Below are positions 1-10,483 of a DNA stretch of 64,000 bases, in pieces (the first letter of the stretch is position 1; each line of letters opens with the position of its first letter). The translations under genes were made by a program, and so were the position numbers. The stretch is from Aureliella sp. (GTDB lineage Bacteria > Planctomycetota > Planctomycetia > Pirellulales > Pirellulaceae): NCBI GenBank assembly GCA_963691875.1, contig OY829846.1, positions 1,984,001-2,048,000 on the forward strand, written 5' to 3'. A model generated the notes under the pieces. It saw only the letters and a program-made list of their open reading frames with translations, had not been told where the DNA came from and searched no databases.

Positions 1-161
1 GATCCAACCGACGGCGCGTTAAGTAATCAAAGTACTCATACGATGCGCAGGCAAGTGAACAAACACAAGCAAGACACGCAAACCAATGCGTCCGTGAGCG
101 AGCACCCCAGGACCCAACGCGTGCTCCAAATTCGTTTTGTCGCGCATGAAACGATTCGCCG

Positions 162-674
162 CTAGCTTCCAAACATCGAAGGAATGAGAAACACCCAACG
201 GGCAGACAGCAACAGAAGGATGCCAATGATGGCGAATTCGTTGCACCGAATCACAGTGCGGAATATGCCGGGACGCCGCCAAGTCTCACGAGAAGTGAAT
301 GCATGCGCCAATGCCAGCGGAACCTGACAAGCCGCATATAGGAAAAGAAAACATCCCGTCCAATTGACTTGCCAAGCAGCAGCAAACTCACCGTGCGCCA
401 AATAAATGAAACTTCGCGTCAAGCCGCAACCGGGGCAGGGGATTCCCACAAGGTATTTGGTAAAGCAAGACTCCGGCAGCACCCAATCCTGCCCCCAAAT
501 CCCAACTCGGCCTTCCGCTCGGACTTCCAGAAAACACGCCGCGACCAACACAGCCGAGACCAAGAAAAACCAGACCCACGAGTCGAGTTTTTGCCCCCCT
601 TTCCTCGTTGCCGAACCAACCGGTTGCTCCGTCGAAGTAACGATTTCAGCCTCAGCTACCTCTCCTTCGCTCAC
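162..674 (-). CDS. DUF2752-family membrane protein
   Basis: GIPCPGCGLTRS motif plus three hydrophobic helices; start placed at the GTG just after the kinase stop (ORF track gives 722). Confidence 0.8.
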   Translation of the reverse strand: MSEGEVAEAEIVTSTEQPVGSATRKGGQKLDSWVWFFLVSAVLVAACFLEVRAEGRVGIWGQDWVLPESCFTKYLVGIPCPGCGLTRSFIYLAHGEFAAAWQVNWTGCFLFLYAACQVPLALAHAFTSRETWRRPGIFRTVIRCNEFAIIGILLLLSARWVFLIPSMFGS

Positions 675-678
675 CAAA

Positions 679-2895
679 TCAGATTCCGTTGTCCAAAGTG
701 GAATAGGAAGAGCTGCTAACATCCGCGTCTGGGCCTCGTCCCAAGCTAGATCTTCCTATTCGAAAGACAAAGAACCATAACACCAGCATAACTCCGAGCA
801 AAGCGGCGAATTCGAGATATGTTTCTCTCATCAGTTTTGTGCCAAGTCTTTCCACCGGCGCGGAGACCGCCCTGCTTCGCTCCTGAACGAGAACCCAAAG
901 ATCACTCGTTGCTCGCTGAGTCTCGCCGGCTTTGTCGGTCATCCTTTGTGGCAAATGCACCGGCTGCAAGGCAGCAATCCATTCCCCCTCGTACTCCTCA
1001 CCCCCCTCAAAAGTCGAGGCTGGATCGATGTAGTTAGTAATACCCGAATTGACCTGCATCGCCGACCAATACTTGGATTTCATCTTGGGAACTTCTCGGC
1101 GGTCGATCAACGATTCAAGAAATGGATGCTGAATTAGAACTCCTTTATCGTCTCCGTCGCGCCCGTCCACCAAAGTCGCAAAGCGATCGGTCTGATCGGC
1201 TTCGTCGCTGGCAAGCAACTGAAACTCACCCAAGTTGATCGTCACCACGAGCACACCAATCGGCTCGCGTTGCGCATCGTCTTCCGACCCTTCAGGCCAA
1301 ATTGGGGTGCTGATACCCACTTTCCATTTTTGCGTCGAAGAACTTTTGAAATGCGCAGAAAGGCTCGTGCTTTCCGTCGGAGAAAATTCGGATCGCGGAA
1401 CCGTACGCTCACCATCTTTTCTCAAGCCGTTAAAGTAGCTGCGGAAGGCATAGTTGGCCCCTACCGGAGTCTTTGCTCCTTTATCATCGGGATCGGCAAA
1501 ATAGATTCCAACATTGGTTCCGCGTGAGTCGTTGACAAAAATCGTATTAAAGATCGCGCTCTTCGCCTCCTGCGCGGACATGATACTTCGCATTCGCTGC
1601 ATCAAGTAGCTCGAGAGCCGCTTTTGCGCCGCCGAATTGATGATGCTTTGTGTTCCTGCTTTATTTCCATCTTTATGAGCCGAATCTGCAATTGCTGCAA
1701 GATCCTCCCGCGAGGCATCTGCCAGTTCTTGCAGCAACGATTGCAATTCTTGCTCGCGCGCCTCATCCTCGACGAGGTTGAACAAAGCTGCAATTTCGGA
1801 CTCGAGTGTCTTGGCCGCGTAGCGACAAGTGTCCTTGTTGCCCAACACCTTCTGCTGACGAAGCTCCTGGATCGTTTCATCTTTTGCCGTGTTAATGCTC
1901 TTGGCTGAAAAGAACAGCATCAGAGGCAAAAGCAGCAGTGGCCCCAGGATCCCCAGAATGTAGATCGGCAAGCGAGTTCTTGCTTTGGTTCTATGATCCA
2001 GAGCACCGATAACTTGCTGAACATTGGCAAACCGATTTTCTGGCTCAGGCTCCAAGCAACGATCAATGATTTGACACAGAGTCTTGTCAATCCCTCGGCG
2101 TCGGTAATGGTCTTTCGGTCGCTGCGACTTGCGAATCGTCTCTCGATAGCGACGCAAACGGTCCGGTAAGGACTCGGCTGTGTCCAGCGTTTCGACGACT
2201 TCTGGCGTACGATAAGGCGGGGCCCCGGTGAGCATACTGTAGGCAATCGCACCAAGTGCGTAGACATCCCAAGCCGCGTCAGGTGGTGCATCCAAGTCCG
2301 CTTGCTCGGGAGCCATGAAGAATAAAGTACCCAGCGAAGGTGTCTGATCGTCTGACATCCGACTCTGCCCGAAGTCGGCCAAGCGTGGGCGCCAGTCTTG
2401 GTCGAGCACGACGTTAGCCGGCTTGAGATCGCAGTGCAAGACACCTTTGCCGTGAGCGTAGGAAAGCCCTTCAGCAATCTCGCGAATCATCTTGCCTGTC
2501 GCCGGAACACTCAGTGCACCGCCACCGCGTAGCATGTCCTCGAGCGAACCATTCTCCATGAATTCCATCACGTAATACGGCGGATCGGCGTCCCAACCCA
2601 CGTTGAGCACTTGGACGATGTATCGTCCAGTAGACATATTTACCAAGTGCTTAACTTCACGATTGATTAATTGCCAATTCACGCCGCCGCGATTCGAGTA
2701 GAACTTGATCGCCACCTTGCGGCCCGTGTTCAGATCCTCTGCAAGCCATACTTGGCCAAACGCACCACGACCCAAGAGTTTTTCGAGTCGATATCCTTCA
2801 ATCTGCGCAGGCGGCTTCTCAGACTGCAGGCTCATCGCCTCAGCCCGTTCTAAGCCACCCAAAGATTGCTGTTGTGTGTAATCGGCGTCCATCAT
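679..2895 (-). CDS. Hanks-type Ser/Thr protein kinase with TM segment, extracytoplasmic Cache-like domain and second TM
   Basis: LGRGAFGQV, VAIK, HCDLKPAN, DFG and APE motifs; TM LPIYILGILGPLLLLPLMLFF; WKVGISTPI...GVLVVTINL Cache-like strands; C-terminal TM. Confidence 0.92.
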   Translation of the reverse strand: MMDADYTQQQSLGGLERAEAMSLQSEKPPAQIEGYRLEKLLGRGAFGQVWLAEDLNTGRKVAIKFYSNRGGVNWQLINREVKHLVNMSTGRYIVQVLNVGWDADPPYYVMEFMENGSLEDMLRGGGALSVPATGKMIREIAEGLSYAHGKGVLHCDLKPANVVLDQDWRPRLADFGQSRMSDDQTPSLGTLFFMAPEQADLDAPPDAAWDVYALGAIAYSMLTGAPPYRTPEVVETLDTAESLPDRLRRYRETIRKSQRPKDHYRRRGIDKTLCQIIDRCLEPEPENRFANVQQVIGALDHRTKARTRLPIYILGILGPLLLLPLMLFFSAKSINTAKDETIQELRQQKVLGNKDTCRYAAKTLESEIAALFNLVEDEAREQELQSLLQELADASREDLAAIADSAHKDGNKAGTQSIINSAAQKRLSSYLMQRMRSIMSAQEAKSAIFNTIFVNDSRGTNVGIYFADPDDKGAKTPVGANYAFRSYFNGLRKDGERTVPRSEFSPTESTSLSAHFKSSSTQKWKVGISTPIWPEGSEDDAQREPIGVLVVTINLGEFQLLASDEADQTDRFATLVDGRDGDDKGVLIQHPFLESLIDRREVPKMKSKYWSAMQVNSGITNYIDPASTFEGGEEYEGEWIAALQPVHLPQRMTDKAGETQRATSDLWVLVQERSRAVSAPVERLGTKLMRETYLEFAALLGVMLVLWFFVFRIGRSSLGRGPDADVSSSSYSTLDNGI

Positions 2896-3820
2896 TCGCG
2901 CAGTAACGGATTCGTTTCACAGGCAGACCTCGCCTAGCACCTGATTCTACCGCTAAATGATTGCGAAGGGACAGTTTGAACCGGACAAGATTGATTCAAT
3001 AAGAATAAGTGCTGAGTTTCCTAAATTCCAAATGGTCCTCCTGGTCTCTGTTCTCCAGGCATATTTACGGCCCGCCAGCGAAGAGCTTTCTCAATGTGCA
3101 CCTTGTCGTCGTTACAGTTGGTGCCCTTGATGATCTCCGCTGAAATCAACGAAAGCCTGGCTTGCGTTGTCTTAAGATTCTCGTTGAACATTTGAGAGTA
3201 AATGAGGCCACCCCGCTTCAAGTCAATCGTGAGCGATTCAATTGTGCTCAACAGTGAACCGGCGTCCGGTTGACCCGCCCAATCAGCACTAAAGGAGTAT
3301 TCCATCCTAGTAGGAGTGCTGTCCAGGATGTATTTTGCGAGCGCCCGACTAGAATCCCTCCACACTGCTCTCACCGCTTACTACAACCCCAAAGGCTAGG
3401 TGCTCTCCGTCCAGCCTTGACGGGAGATCCGGTTCTCACAATGCCGTGAATAAGGGTAGCCTTGCCCTTCGGAGCGAGCATCTCGATGAACTCAATCCAT
3501 CCCCATCGGGCGTCGGCGCTCACGCCCTTGGAATATACAGCGAACGCTTCGGTGTAAGACTTATCGAGCGTCCACCGCACGCCAAAACGATCGCAGCCAT
3601 CTTTGTAGCGACGAACATCAGACGAATGCCAAAGAGCATGTGTGCTTCCCGCCGGATTGTCTAGAAATCAATTGGCACGGAAAGATCGTTCTCTTGGCCA
3701 AAGGCACGCGCGAGCAATAGCTCCATGCATCATTAAATTATTGAATCGGCAAATCATTTCCGCATCATGCTGTAGTTCTGGCGTAATAGCGATTTCGAAT
3801 CATCAGTAGATGACACCAAT

Positions 3821-5320
3821 TCAAATTTTTGGAGGCTGCCAAGCCGGAATCCCTTTTTCCGCTTTTTGTCTCTCGTAGCGAACGGCCTGAGGTTGCTCAG
3901 GAGCGAAGAGCGCATCTTCGTTCACCATTAAAGGCACGGTGTCCTGCCACCATTTGTCGTAAGCCGCCCGCAATTCGGCTACAACCTTTGGATACCGGTC
4001 GATGACGTTGGTGCTTTCGTAAGGATCCATGCTAATGTCGTACAGCTCGCGATTATTCACCAGCCGCCAACGCTCACTGCGTACTGCGCAGTTCTTAAAC
4101 TTATACAAGTTAGGATCCGCTCCCTTCTCCCAGCGACCTTGATGCACAAACAAGTTTCGGTCAGGCAAGTCAGTCGTCGGATCCTCGAGAAGCGGCATCA
4201 TGCTGCGACCATCGATCGCGTGCACGTTCTCCGGAATGTCGACGCCTGCCAACTCGCAGAAAGTTTTATACAAATCGATGTGTGCGGATAGCTCACCGAT
4301 GTCGACACCTTCGCCAAGCACTCCTTTCCAACGCCAAAACGCTGGTACATGAGTTCCGCCTTCGTAAGGAGATCCTTTGCCGGTTTTGAATCCCGCAGTG
4401 AAGATCGGCACACGCTTACCATTCTTTTTGCCACCTCGACCTGCTTGTCCGTTGTCGGTCATGAAGATGACCAAAGTGTTCTCCCATGCGTTCCACTCAT
4501 CCAGTTTTTGCATGAGCAAGCCCATATTGTCGTCGATATTCTCGATCATACCGTAACGCCCGGCGACGCTGGCGTCCCAACCATCGTCCAAGAACCGCTT
4601 CTTGTACTTCTCGGGTGCAATCATCGGCCCATGTGGAGCATTGAGCGTCAGGTAAGTGAAGAACGGCTGTTGGGAGTCCAGTTGCTGCTTCGTCCACCCC
4701 AGGGCGGCATGAAAGAAAACATCGGTGCAGAATCCCTTGGTGTTTACGATCGTGTCGTCATTCAGGATCGCGCAGTCAAAGTACCTTGTTTCCTTGCTTC
4801 GGTTCGGCGGAAAGTCAGCGCAGCTACCTGGATAGGATTGGCCAATGCCGCCCGCTCCGTGAATGAATGTCTTCGTAAAGCCACGATTGTATGGCTGATA
4901 CGCATCTTCATCGCCCAAATGCCACTTGCCAAAGATTCCGGTCTTGTAACCACTTTGGCTCAACAGCTTGACAAAGGTCGTTGTGCTGAGTGCCATGCGT
5001 TCGCGTTCCTTGATCGTATGCGTCACACCGTTGCGGAACTCATGTCGCCCGCTGAATATGGCAGAACGCGTCGGCGCGCATGTAGGACTGACATGAAAGT
5101 CCGTGAAACGCGTCGAGATCTTGTAAAACTTGTCCAAGTTTGGCGTCCGCAACACCTGATTACCCATGCAGGACAAATCTCCCAGGCCTTGATCGTCGGT
5201 CATCACCAAGATGATGTTTGGACGCGTTCCACGCAGATCCACCGCCAGGCTGATGCAGGAAAAGGCGGCTACAAGAGGAGTCGCGAGCAGGCCGGAAAAC
5301 GTTTTTCGATTGCGAATCAT
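3821..5320 (-). CDS. Arylsulfatase
   Basis: PNIILVMTDDQG, CAPTR formylglycine motif, GKWHLG, TDNG; signal peptide from ATG 5320. Confidence 0.93.
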   Translation of the reverse strand: MIRNRKTFSGLLATPLVAAFSCISLAVDLRGTRPNIILVMTDDQGLGDLSCMGNQVLRTPNLDKFYKISTRFTDFHVSPTCAPTRSAIFSGRHEFRNGVTHTIKERERMALSTTTFVKLLSQSGYKTGIFGKWHLGDEDAYQPYNRGFTKTFIHGAGGIGQSYPGSCADFPPNRSKETRYFDCAILNDDTIVNTKGFCTDVFFHAALGWTKQQLDSQQPFFTYLTLNAPHGPMIAPEKYKKRFLDDGWDASVAGRYGMIENIDDNMGLLMQKLDEWNAWENTLVIFMTDNGQAGRGGKKNGKRVPIFTAGFKTGKGSPYEGGTHVPAFWRWKGVLGEGVDIGELSAHIDLYKTFCELAGVDIPENVHAIDGRSMMPLLEDPTTDLPDRNLFVHQGRWEKGADPNLYKFKNCAVRSERWRLVNNRELYDISMDPYESTNVIDRYPKVVAELRAAYDKWWQDTVPLMVNEDALFAPEQPQAVRYERQKAEKGIPAWQPPKI

Positions 5321-5401
5321 GAAATGACTCCTGGGCTGGGAGAGGGAATGAAGGACTGGCGATTGCAACTGGAAGTGTCTGCGAAAAGATCAATACCGCT
5401 T

Positions 5402-7291
5402 CTACGGAATGCGAATCCAATCCACTTCGACCAGCGCATCAGGCTTTCCAACCAAACTGATTTTGATTTGTTCGACAGTTCCTTGCCAGCTTTGGGGCAG
5501 ATCGAGTTGTGCTGTTTGGTACTCTTTATCGCTGGACATGGCGACCGCAGCACTGGATTGCATCCGACCATCCTCGCTGCTGGCTGCGAAGGAGATCTCA
5601 AGATCCGTAGTAGCTCGTATCCGAATTTGAAGTTTCCCCTGGTTCTGTTTGGCGTTGAGTTTGAGCTTGGATCGCACCAATTCAACTTTGCCGCCTGCCA
5701 AATGGAAGTCCAAAAAACCTTGTCGCCCAGCGATATTGCCAACCTCAACTTGCGAAGCCGCCCAGCCTTCCGTTTGCCAACCGCCACAATCGAACGTGAA
5801 CAACAGCTTACCATCGGCGGGATCGCGACCGTTGATCTTTTCCCAAGAGTCCGACAAACCGTCGCCGTCAGTGTCCTCGCGAACCACCTCGTATTCTGGA
5901 TTTACAGCCAGGCCCCACTTATGACCATCCGCCTGATAACGTAGTTCTTCGTGTGACTCTTCTTCCGCACCACGATCGCCCTTGGCGAGCCACTCGTCTA
6001 AATACCTACGGTGTTTAGCCACTTGCTCAGCATAGGCGGGGTCATCAATCAAGTTATTTAGCTGACTTGGATCGGCTTTGACGTCGTAGAGCTCTTCGGG
6101 TGGGCGCTCGCCGAAGTAGATTTCCGTAAGCTTTGGAGAAAGTTCTCCGCTTGCGTAGAGCGCGCGAAGGTTTATCAGATAGTCCTTTCTGTCACGATAC
6201 TGTGGCTGGAGAAAAATCCGGTCCAACTTATAGTTCCGCGTGTAGCGAAATCGATCGGTCCGCAGTGTCCGCACACGATCCAGGGTGTGATCCAGTCGAT
6301 CTTTGGCAGCAGCGACATAGGTTCGTGGAACAAGCTTGAATCCGAAGAGATCTTGCCCTTCGTACCATTTCGGCTGCTTGATTCCGGCCCAAGCCAAAGT
6401 TGTTGCCGACAAGTCGAGTAAGTTGACCAAGTCGTCACGAACTGACGGAGCCGGCACCCAGGGATCTGGCCCAGCAATGATAAAAGGCACATGCAATCCG
6501 CCTTCGGTCGGCATTTGCTTGTGACGCACTAAGTTATTCGCTCCGTGATCACCAAAGTAAACAATGACAGTATTGTTCGCTAACCCGTTCGCTTGCAGAT
6601 CTTTCAGTACCTGCCCGATAAAGTCATCGTCCTTGCGAATCGCGTCGTAGTGCTGAGCCACTGTCCGGCGGTAGAGATCGTTCTGTGGATAGTCGGGAGG
6701 AACCGTCACCTCAGCAGGATCGGCCTTTCGCTCGGCCGGAAAATTACCGGTGTTATTCTTGCCTCCGGCAGTTTGAATTTGCCCAAAGAATGGCTGCTGT
6801 TTCTTAAGCTGGTCCCAAGGAACTTGAGTTCTCGACTTGGCCTGATAGCTGTAAGTCGCCTTTTCGTCCCACACAAAGTTGTAGTCCGTCTTGCCGCAAT
6901 TAAAGGTGAAGTAGCCGCCTTCCTTCATCAACTGCGGCAACAGCTTCAAGTTCTTCGGCAGGTACAACTTCGCCGGCCCGCGAGAAGAGCGATGTTCATG
7001 CGCATTGAAACGAATTTGGCTCTGGCCGCCCATCAAGGCTGATCGGCAAGCCGAGCAGACAGGAGCTGGCACATAGGCTCTTGAGAATCTCACGCCTCTT
7101 GCTGCCAGACCGTCAATGCTTGGCGTCTTCCCTTTGTTGACTTCGTCACCATAGCAACCCATCCAGGGCGAGGTATCTTCAGCAAACAACCAAAGAATAT
7201 TCGGGCGTTCCTTGGCTTCAGCTCCTGCAAAAGCTGCAAGCCAAATCACGGCAGTTAGGAAGGGAAGATTTCGGCGGACGGACATGACCAT
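5402..7291 (-). CDS. Sulfatase with C-terminal DxDxDG Ca-binding motif and beta-sandwich-like domain
   Basis: PNILWLFAED, CSACR, GKTDYN, GDHG; tail DTDGDGLSDSWEKINGRDP. Confidence 0.9.
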   Translation of the reverse strand: MVMSVRRNLPFLTAVIWLAAFAGAEAKERPNILWLFAEDTSPWMGCYGDEVNKGKTPSIDGLAARGVRFSRAYVPAPVCSACRSALMGGQSQIRFNAHEHRSSRGPAKLYLPKNLKLLPQLMKEGGYFTFNCGKTDYNFVWDEKATYSYQAKSRTQVPWDQLKKQQPFFGQIQTAGGKNNTGNFPAERKADPAEVTVPPDYPQNDLYRRTVAQHYDAIRKDDDFIGQVLKDLQANGLANNTVIVYFGDHGANNLVRHKQMPTEGGLHVPFIIAGPDPWVPAPSVRDDLVNLLDLSATTLAWAGIKQPKWYEGQDLFGFKLVPRTYVAAAKDRLDHTLDRVRTLRTDRFRYTRNYKLDRIFLQPQYRDRKDYLINLRALYASGELSPKLTEIYFGERPPEELYDVKADPSQLNNLIDDPAYAEQVAKHRRYLDEWLAKGDRGAEEESHEELRYQADGHKWGLAVNPEYEVVREDTDGDGLSDSWEKINGRDPADGKLLFTFDCGGWQTEGWAASQVEVGNIAGRQGFLDFHLAGGKVELVRSKLKLNAKQNQGKLQIRIRATTDLEISFAASSEDGRMQSSAAVAMSSDKEYQTAQLDLPQSWQGTVEQIKISLVGKPDALVEVDWIRIP

Positions 7292-7394
7292 GCTTTTCAG
7301 AGGTGAAGTATTCGAAGGGGCTTCTAGTCTAGCACAGTCAATCACAATGTTCTGGTTGCGAAGAGCTCAGCTTGCCTAGCCATTCTGCGACTAC

Positions 7395-7432
7395 AAAAAA
7401 AGGCCGCAAGCGTGCCAAACGCATGCGACCTT
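7395..7432 (-). terminator. Probable intrinsic terminator after the DUF1559 gene
   Basis: On the minus strand, imperfect stem AAGGTCGCATGCG/CGCTTGCGGCCTT followed by a T run. Confidence 0.65.
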
Positions 7433-7455
7433 GAGACTGCAATTTGCCAACGAAA

Positions 7456-8469
7456 CTAGTCCAGGAAACTTACGACTTCGCCACCGTCACGTGTTCCGAT
7501 GCCGCGCCAAGTGGTTGGATCGATATTTTCGCTGACAAAGTGCACAGAACCATCAGCCATACCTGCATTTACACCTCCGGTATGGTAGCTGCGTGACGTG
7601 ACCGCAGCGTAAGTCGGCTCGGTGAGCGACTTGCCTTCGCGTGAGGAGCTGAAGTCAACATCGTAGACCAACCCACCAGCTTCATAGAGCACTTGAGTGT
7701 TCGGTGGAAAGGTCGTGGTAAATCCAGTTTGATGAACGCGACTGTCCACCCATTCGGTGTGCCCCGAGTTTTGCTTAAAATTTCCGCCGAACCCGACAAC
7801 TTCTGCAGGCGAATCAGGTGGCTGGACGCCAAGTACACCGGGGTTGCGGCTGTCTCGCAAATACGGGTTCCAAGCTTTCACCTCGGAAAACATAAGTGTA
7901 TTGCTCGTACCATCGACAATGCTGCCCATATTGCGTTTGTAGGCATTGGGGGAGAAAACTCCTGCGCCACCCCTGTTGTGAACTGGATCATGGACGAACC
8001 AAGTTCCGAAATTAGCTCCGTAATTCAGCGGGTAATACGCGAAGCTGGGATCATTCGGTTTTGGCGACGGACGCTCTTCGTCCTTCACTTCGCTGGGACA
8101 GAGGTAAGTCGGCACTCGCGTCCGAGCCACGTTGCCTTGCTGGCTGTAAGCGAGTCCCCAGTCGATGAGCTTCTGTAGGTTTCCCTGCTCTAGATGAGGC
8201 AGAATGCGCGCTTGGACCGACCAGGAATCGGACGTCAAGTCACGCCGATAAAACCCGCCCGAGGGAAAGCGGCGAAAATTGCCATGGTAGTTGTGAGTCG
8301 CCAACGCAATCTGCTTCAGATTGTTCGAGCAACTCATTCGGCGAGCGGCTTCACGAGCGGCCTGAACCGCGGGTAGCAAAAGGCTCACCAAAATGCTGAT
8401 GATGGCGATGACGACGAGTAATTCAACCAGCGTAAAGCCACTGCGGCTGAGCGAACGATAGACCTTCAT
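7456..8469 (-). CDS. DUF1559 prepilin-type N-terminal cleavage/methylation protein
   Basis: GFTLVELLVVIAII...LLPAVQAAREAARRMSCSNNLKQI; C-terminal HTGGVNAGMADGSV (H-X9-DG). Confidence 0.95.
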   Translation of the reverse strand: MKVYRSLSRSGFTLVELLVVIAIISILVSLLLPAVQAAREAARRMSCSNNLKQIALATHNYHGNFRRFPSGGFYRRDLTSDSWSVQARILPHLEQGNLQKLIDWGLAYSQQGNVARTRVPTYLCPSEVKDEERPSPKPNDPSFAYYPLNYGANFGTWFVHDPVHNRGGAGVFSPNAYKRNMGSIVDGTSNTLMFSEVKAWNPYLRDSRNPGVLGVQPPDSPAEVVGFGGNFKQNSGHTEWVDSRVHQTGFTTTFPPNTQVLYEAGGLVYDVDFSSSREGKSLTEPTYAAVTSRSYHTGGVNAGMADGSVHFVSENIDPTTWRGIGTRDGGEVVSFLD

Positions 8470-8553
8470 TGGCCTGCTCCAGTAGAAAAAAGGGGGCTTT
8501 TGCTGCTTCCCGGCACTGGCTGGCTAATGATTGGCTGGCTGACAGTTACTGCA

Positions 8554-8572
8554 ATTGAGATTCAATCTCAAT
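8554..8572. promoter_or_regulatory. Perfect 9-1-9 palindrome, candidate Fur-family operator
   Basis: ATTGAGATT-C-AATCTCAAT, about 85 bp upstream of the DUF1559 start; related copy at 50801-50819. Confidence 0.65.
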
Positions 8573-8986
8573 AAAACACATACCAGTCAGGAAATCCTGA
8601 CAAGCGCTTCAGAGGCGATTCTAGATTTTTTCATGCGATTGAGCCTGCGGTTATCTATCACGGCTTCAATTCCAGCTAGTAATAATTCCGAGTCTTGAGC
8701 CGACGCAGTACTAACGAAAACTGATTAGTTTTGCCCGACGCAACCTTGTTCGACGCAATTCACTTTTGCTGAACCATGAATCCGTCTCGAAGCCGGATCC
8801 AGCAAAGCCGGTTTTCAATTTGCGAGTCGCCTGCAATTAGCTCTTGTAGCTTTAATCTCCGAGTGTTACCCTTCTCTCCTCGAAAATACCTGAAATTAGC
8901 GTTCCGAATGGCCATGGTTTCGTATCCGGTCGAAAGTAGGAACTGAGTTGTTCTAAAACTAACAAGTTTCATTACTGAGGTTTTCC

Positions 8987-9271
8987 ATGTCGACCATGCG
9001 TAGGGCTCTCTCAGCAAAGAGCCGTGCTCGCAAGCGTTCCCGAATTCGATCCCGGACTAAGAAGAAGGATCCTTTGTTCGTGGATGGCAAGCGTCCACGT
9101 CCAATGTTCGTGGACTACCGCGATTTGGATACCTTGAAAAAGCTGGTAAACCGTCACGGGCGTATTGTCGGTCGCCGCAAGACGGGTTGCTCAGCAGTTT
9201 CTCAACATGCAGTGACTTCGGCTATTAAGCGAGCTCGATACATGGGCTTGCTGCCATTTGTTGGCGAGTAA
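8987..9271 (+). CDS. rpsR: 30S ribosomal protein bS18
   Basis: VDYRDLDTLKKLVNRHGRIVGRRKTG...AIKRARYMGLLPF. Confidence 0.95.
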   Translation: MSTMRRALSAKSRARKRSRIRSRTKKKDPLFVDGKRPRPMFVDYRDLDTLKKLVNRHGRIVGRRKTGCSAVSQHAVTSAIKRARYMGLLPFVGE

Positions 9272-9295
9272 GGCTTAGCCGGTCAAACGAATCAT

Positions 9296-9327
9296 GAAAA
9301 CGCCTCGGTAGTACGAGGCGTTTTTTC
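9296..9327 (+). terminator. Intrinsic terminator after rpsR
   Basis: AAAACGCCTCG-gtagta-CGAGGCGTTTTTT. Confidence 0.85.
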
Positions 9328-9370
9328 GTAGACTGAGCTCTTCAAGTCAGCCTTTCGGGGAATTGCCCAG

Positions 9371-9715
9371 ATGCAAAACTGCGAAACACAAAGCCCACCG
9401 AACGGTGAAGAGCTCGACAACGCCCGGATCTCCGAGATGCATAATCTTGGGCCAGCCTGCGAGGAGAATCTCAATGCAGTTGGCATTTGTTCCGCAGCGG
9501 CTTTGCACCAAGTTGGCGTGAAGGAAGCATTTGTCCAACTCTTGATCGGTTGGCGCCAGTGGGACGCCAAAGCCAACTGCTGTAACGCGGCTTACCTCTA
9601 CGCCCTACACGGCGCTCTGCATGACATCGACTGGCGAGAAGCCCCAGAGACTCTAGAGGAAGAGTACAAGGCCTTTGCCGCTGAGACTCGACAGTCTGGG
9701 CAGTTCCAAGGATAG
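9371..9715 (+). CDS. TfoX/Sxy C-terminal-domain (HhH-like) protein
   Basis: MHNLGPACEENLNAVGI...YLYALHGALHDIDW matches the TfoX_C pattern. Confidence 0.75.
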   Translation: MQNCETQSPPNGEELDNARISEMHNLGPACEENLNAVGICSAAALHQVGVKEAFVQLLIGWRQWDAKANCCNAAYLYALHGALHDIDWREAPETLEEEYKAFAAETRQSGQFQG

Positions 9716-9718
9716 CTC

Positions 9719-10483
9719 GTGAGCATGGAAGAGTTAACGCCAGAGGAAAAAGCCACTTACGAGTGGCAGATGTGGGTGCCAGATTTCGGCGAAGCGGGTC
9801 AGCAGAAGCTGAAGGACGCGTCGGTGATGATTTCCCGAGCCGGCGGAGTGGGCGGAGTCGTCGCTTATCAACTCGCCGCCGCTGGCATCGGCAAACTGGT
9901 GATTGCTCACGCTGGCGACGTCAAAAACAGCGACTTAAATCGACAGCTCCTGATGACTCACGATCATCTTGGCAAGCCCCGGATAGATTCTATCGTTCGG
10001 CGCTTGAAGGACTTGAATCCGCGTCTTGAGGTAGTTGGCGTTCCTGAGAATGTGGATGACGAAAATGTCGCCCGGCTAGTAGATCAAGTGGACATCATCG
10101 TCGACTGCGCTCCACTTTTTCCAGAGCGCTTCGCCATGAATTCTGAAGCGGTTCGGCAACGAAAGCCGCTAGTGGAATGTGCAATGTATGAACTCGAAGC
10201 ACAGATCACCACAATTGTCCCCGGCGCAACGCCTTGCCTACGATGCCTTTACCCCGAGGCGCCCCCCAGTTGGACTAGGCAGTTCCCTGTATTTGGAGCA
10301 GTCTCTGGTTCTGTCGCCTGCATGGCCGCAATGGAAGTCATCAAACTTGTCGCAGGCATAGGTACTCCATTGCTCGGCAGATTGCTGCAGTACGATCTGC
10401 GCGACATGAGTTTTCATGCGCTGCCAATTTCACGTCGCGAAAACTGTGAGTGCTGCGTAAGCATCAATGGAGGTGAAGCATGA
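9719..10483 (+). CDS. HesA/MoeB/ThiF-family adenylyltransferase (E1-like)
   Basis: GQQKLK, AGGVGG, SDLNRQ, CLRC and CECC Zn ligands. Confidence 0.92.
   Translation: MSMEELTPEEKATYEWQMWVPDFGEAGQQKLKDASVMISRAGGVGGVVAYQLAAAGIGKLVIAHAGDVKNSDLNRQLLMTHDHLGKPRIDSIVRRLKDLNPRLEVVGVPENVDDENVARLVDQVDIIVDCAPLFPERFAMNSEAVRQRKPLVECAMYELEAQITTIVPGATPCLRCLYPEAPPSWTRQFPVFGAVSGSVACMAAMEVIKLVAGIGTPLLGRLLQYDLRDMSFHALPISRRENCECCVSINGGEA

Noticed and set aside
3021..3726. Short minus-strand ORFs that could join into one frameshifted gene
   Set aside because: No family recognised; the joins are speculative without BLASTX
4349..5944. 531-aa plus-strand ORF
   Set aside because: Antisense shadow of two clear sulfatase genes, with no recognisable motifs
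8987..9271. bS18 lacks CxxC and stands alone, suggesting a Zur-regulated paralogue
   Set aside because: It resembles the ordinary planctomycete S18 as I recall it, and the palindrome is much closer to the divergent DUF1559 gene
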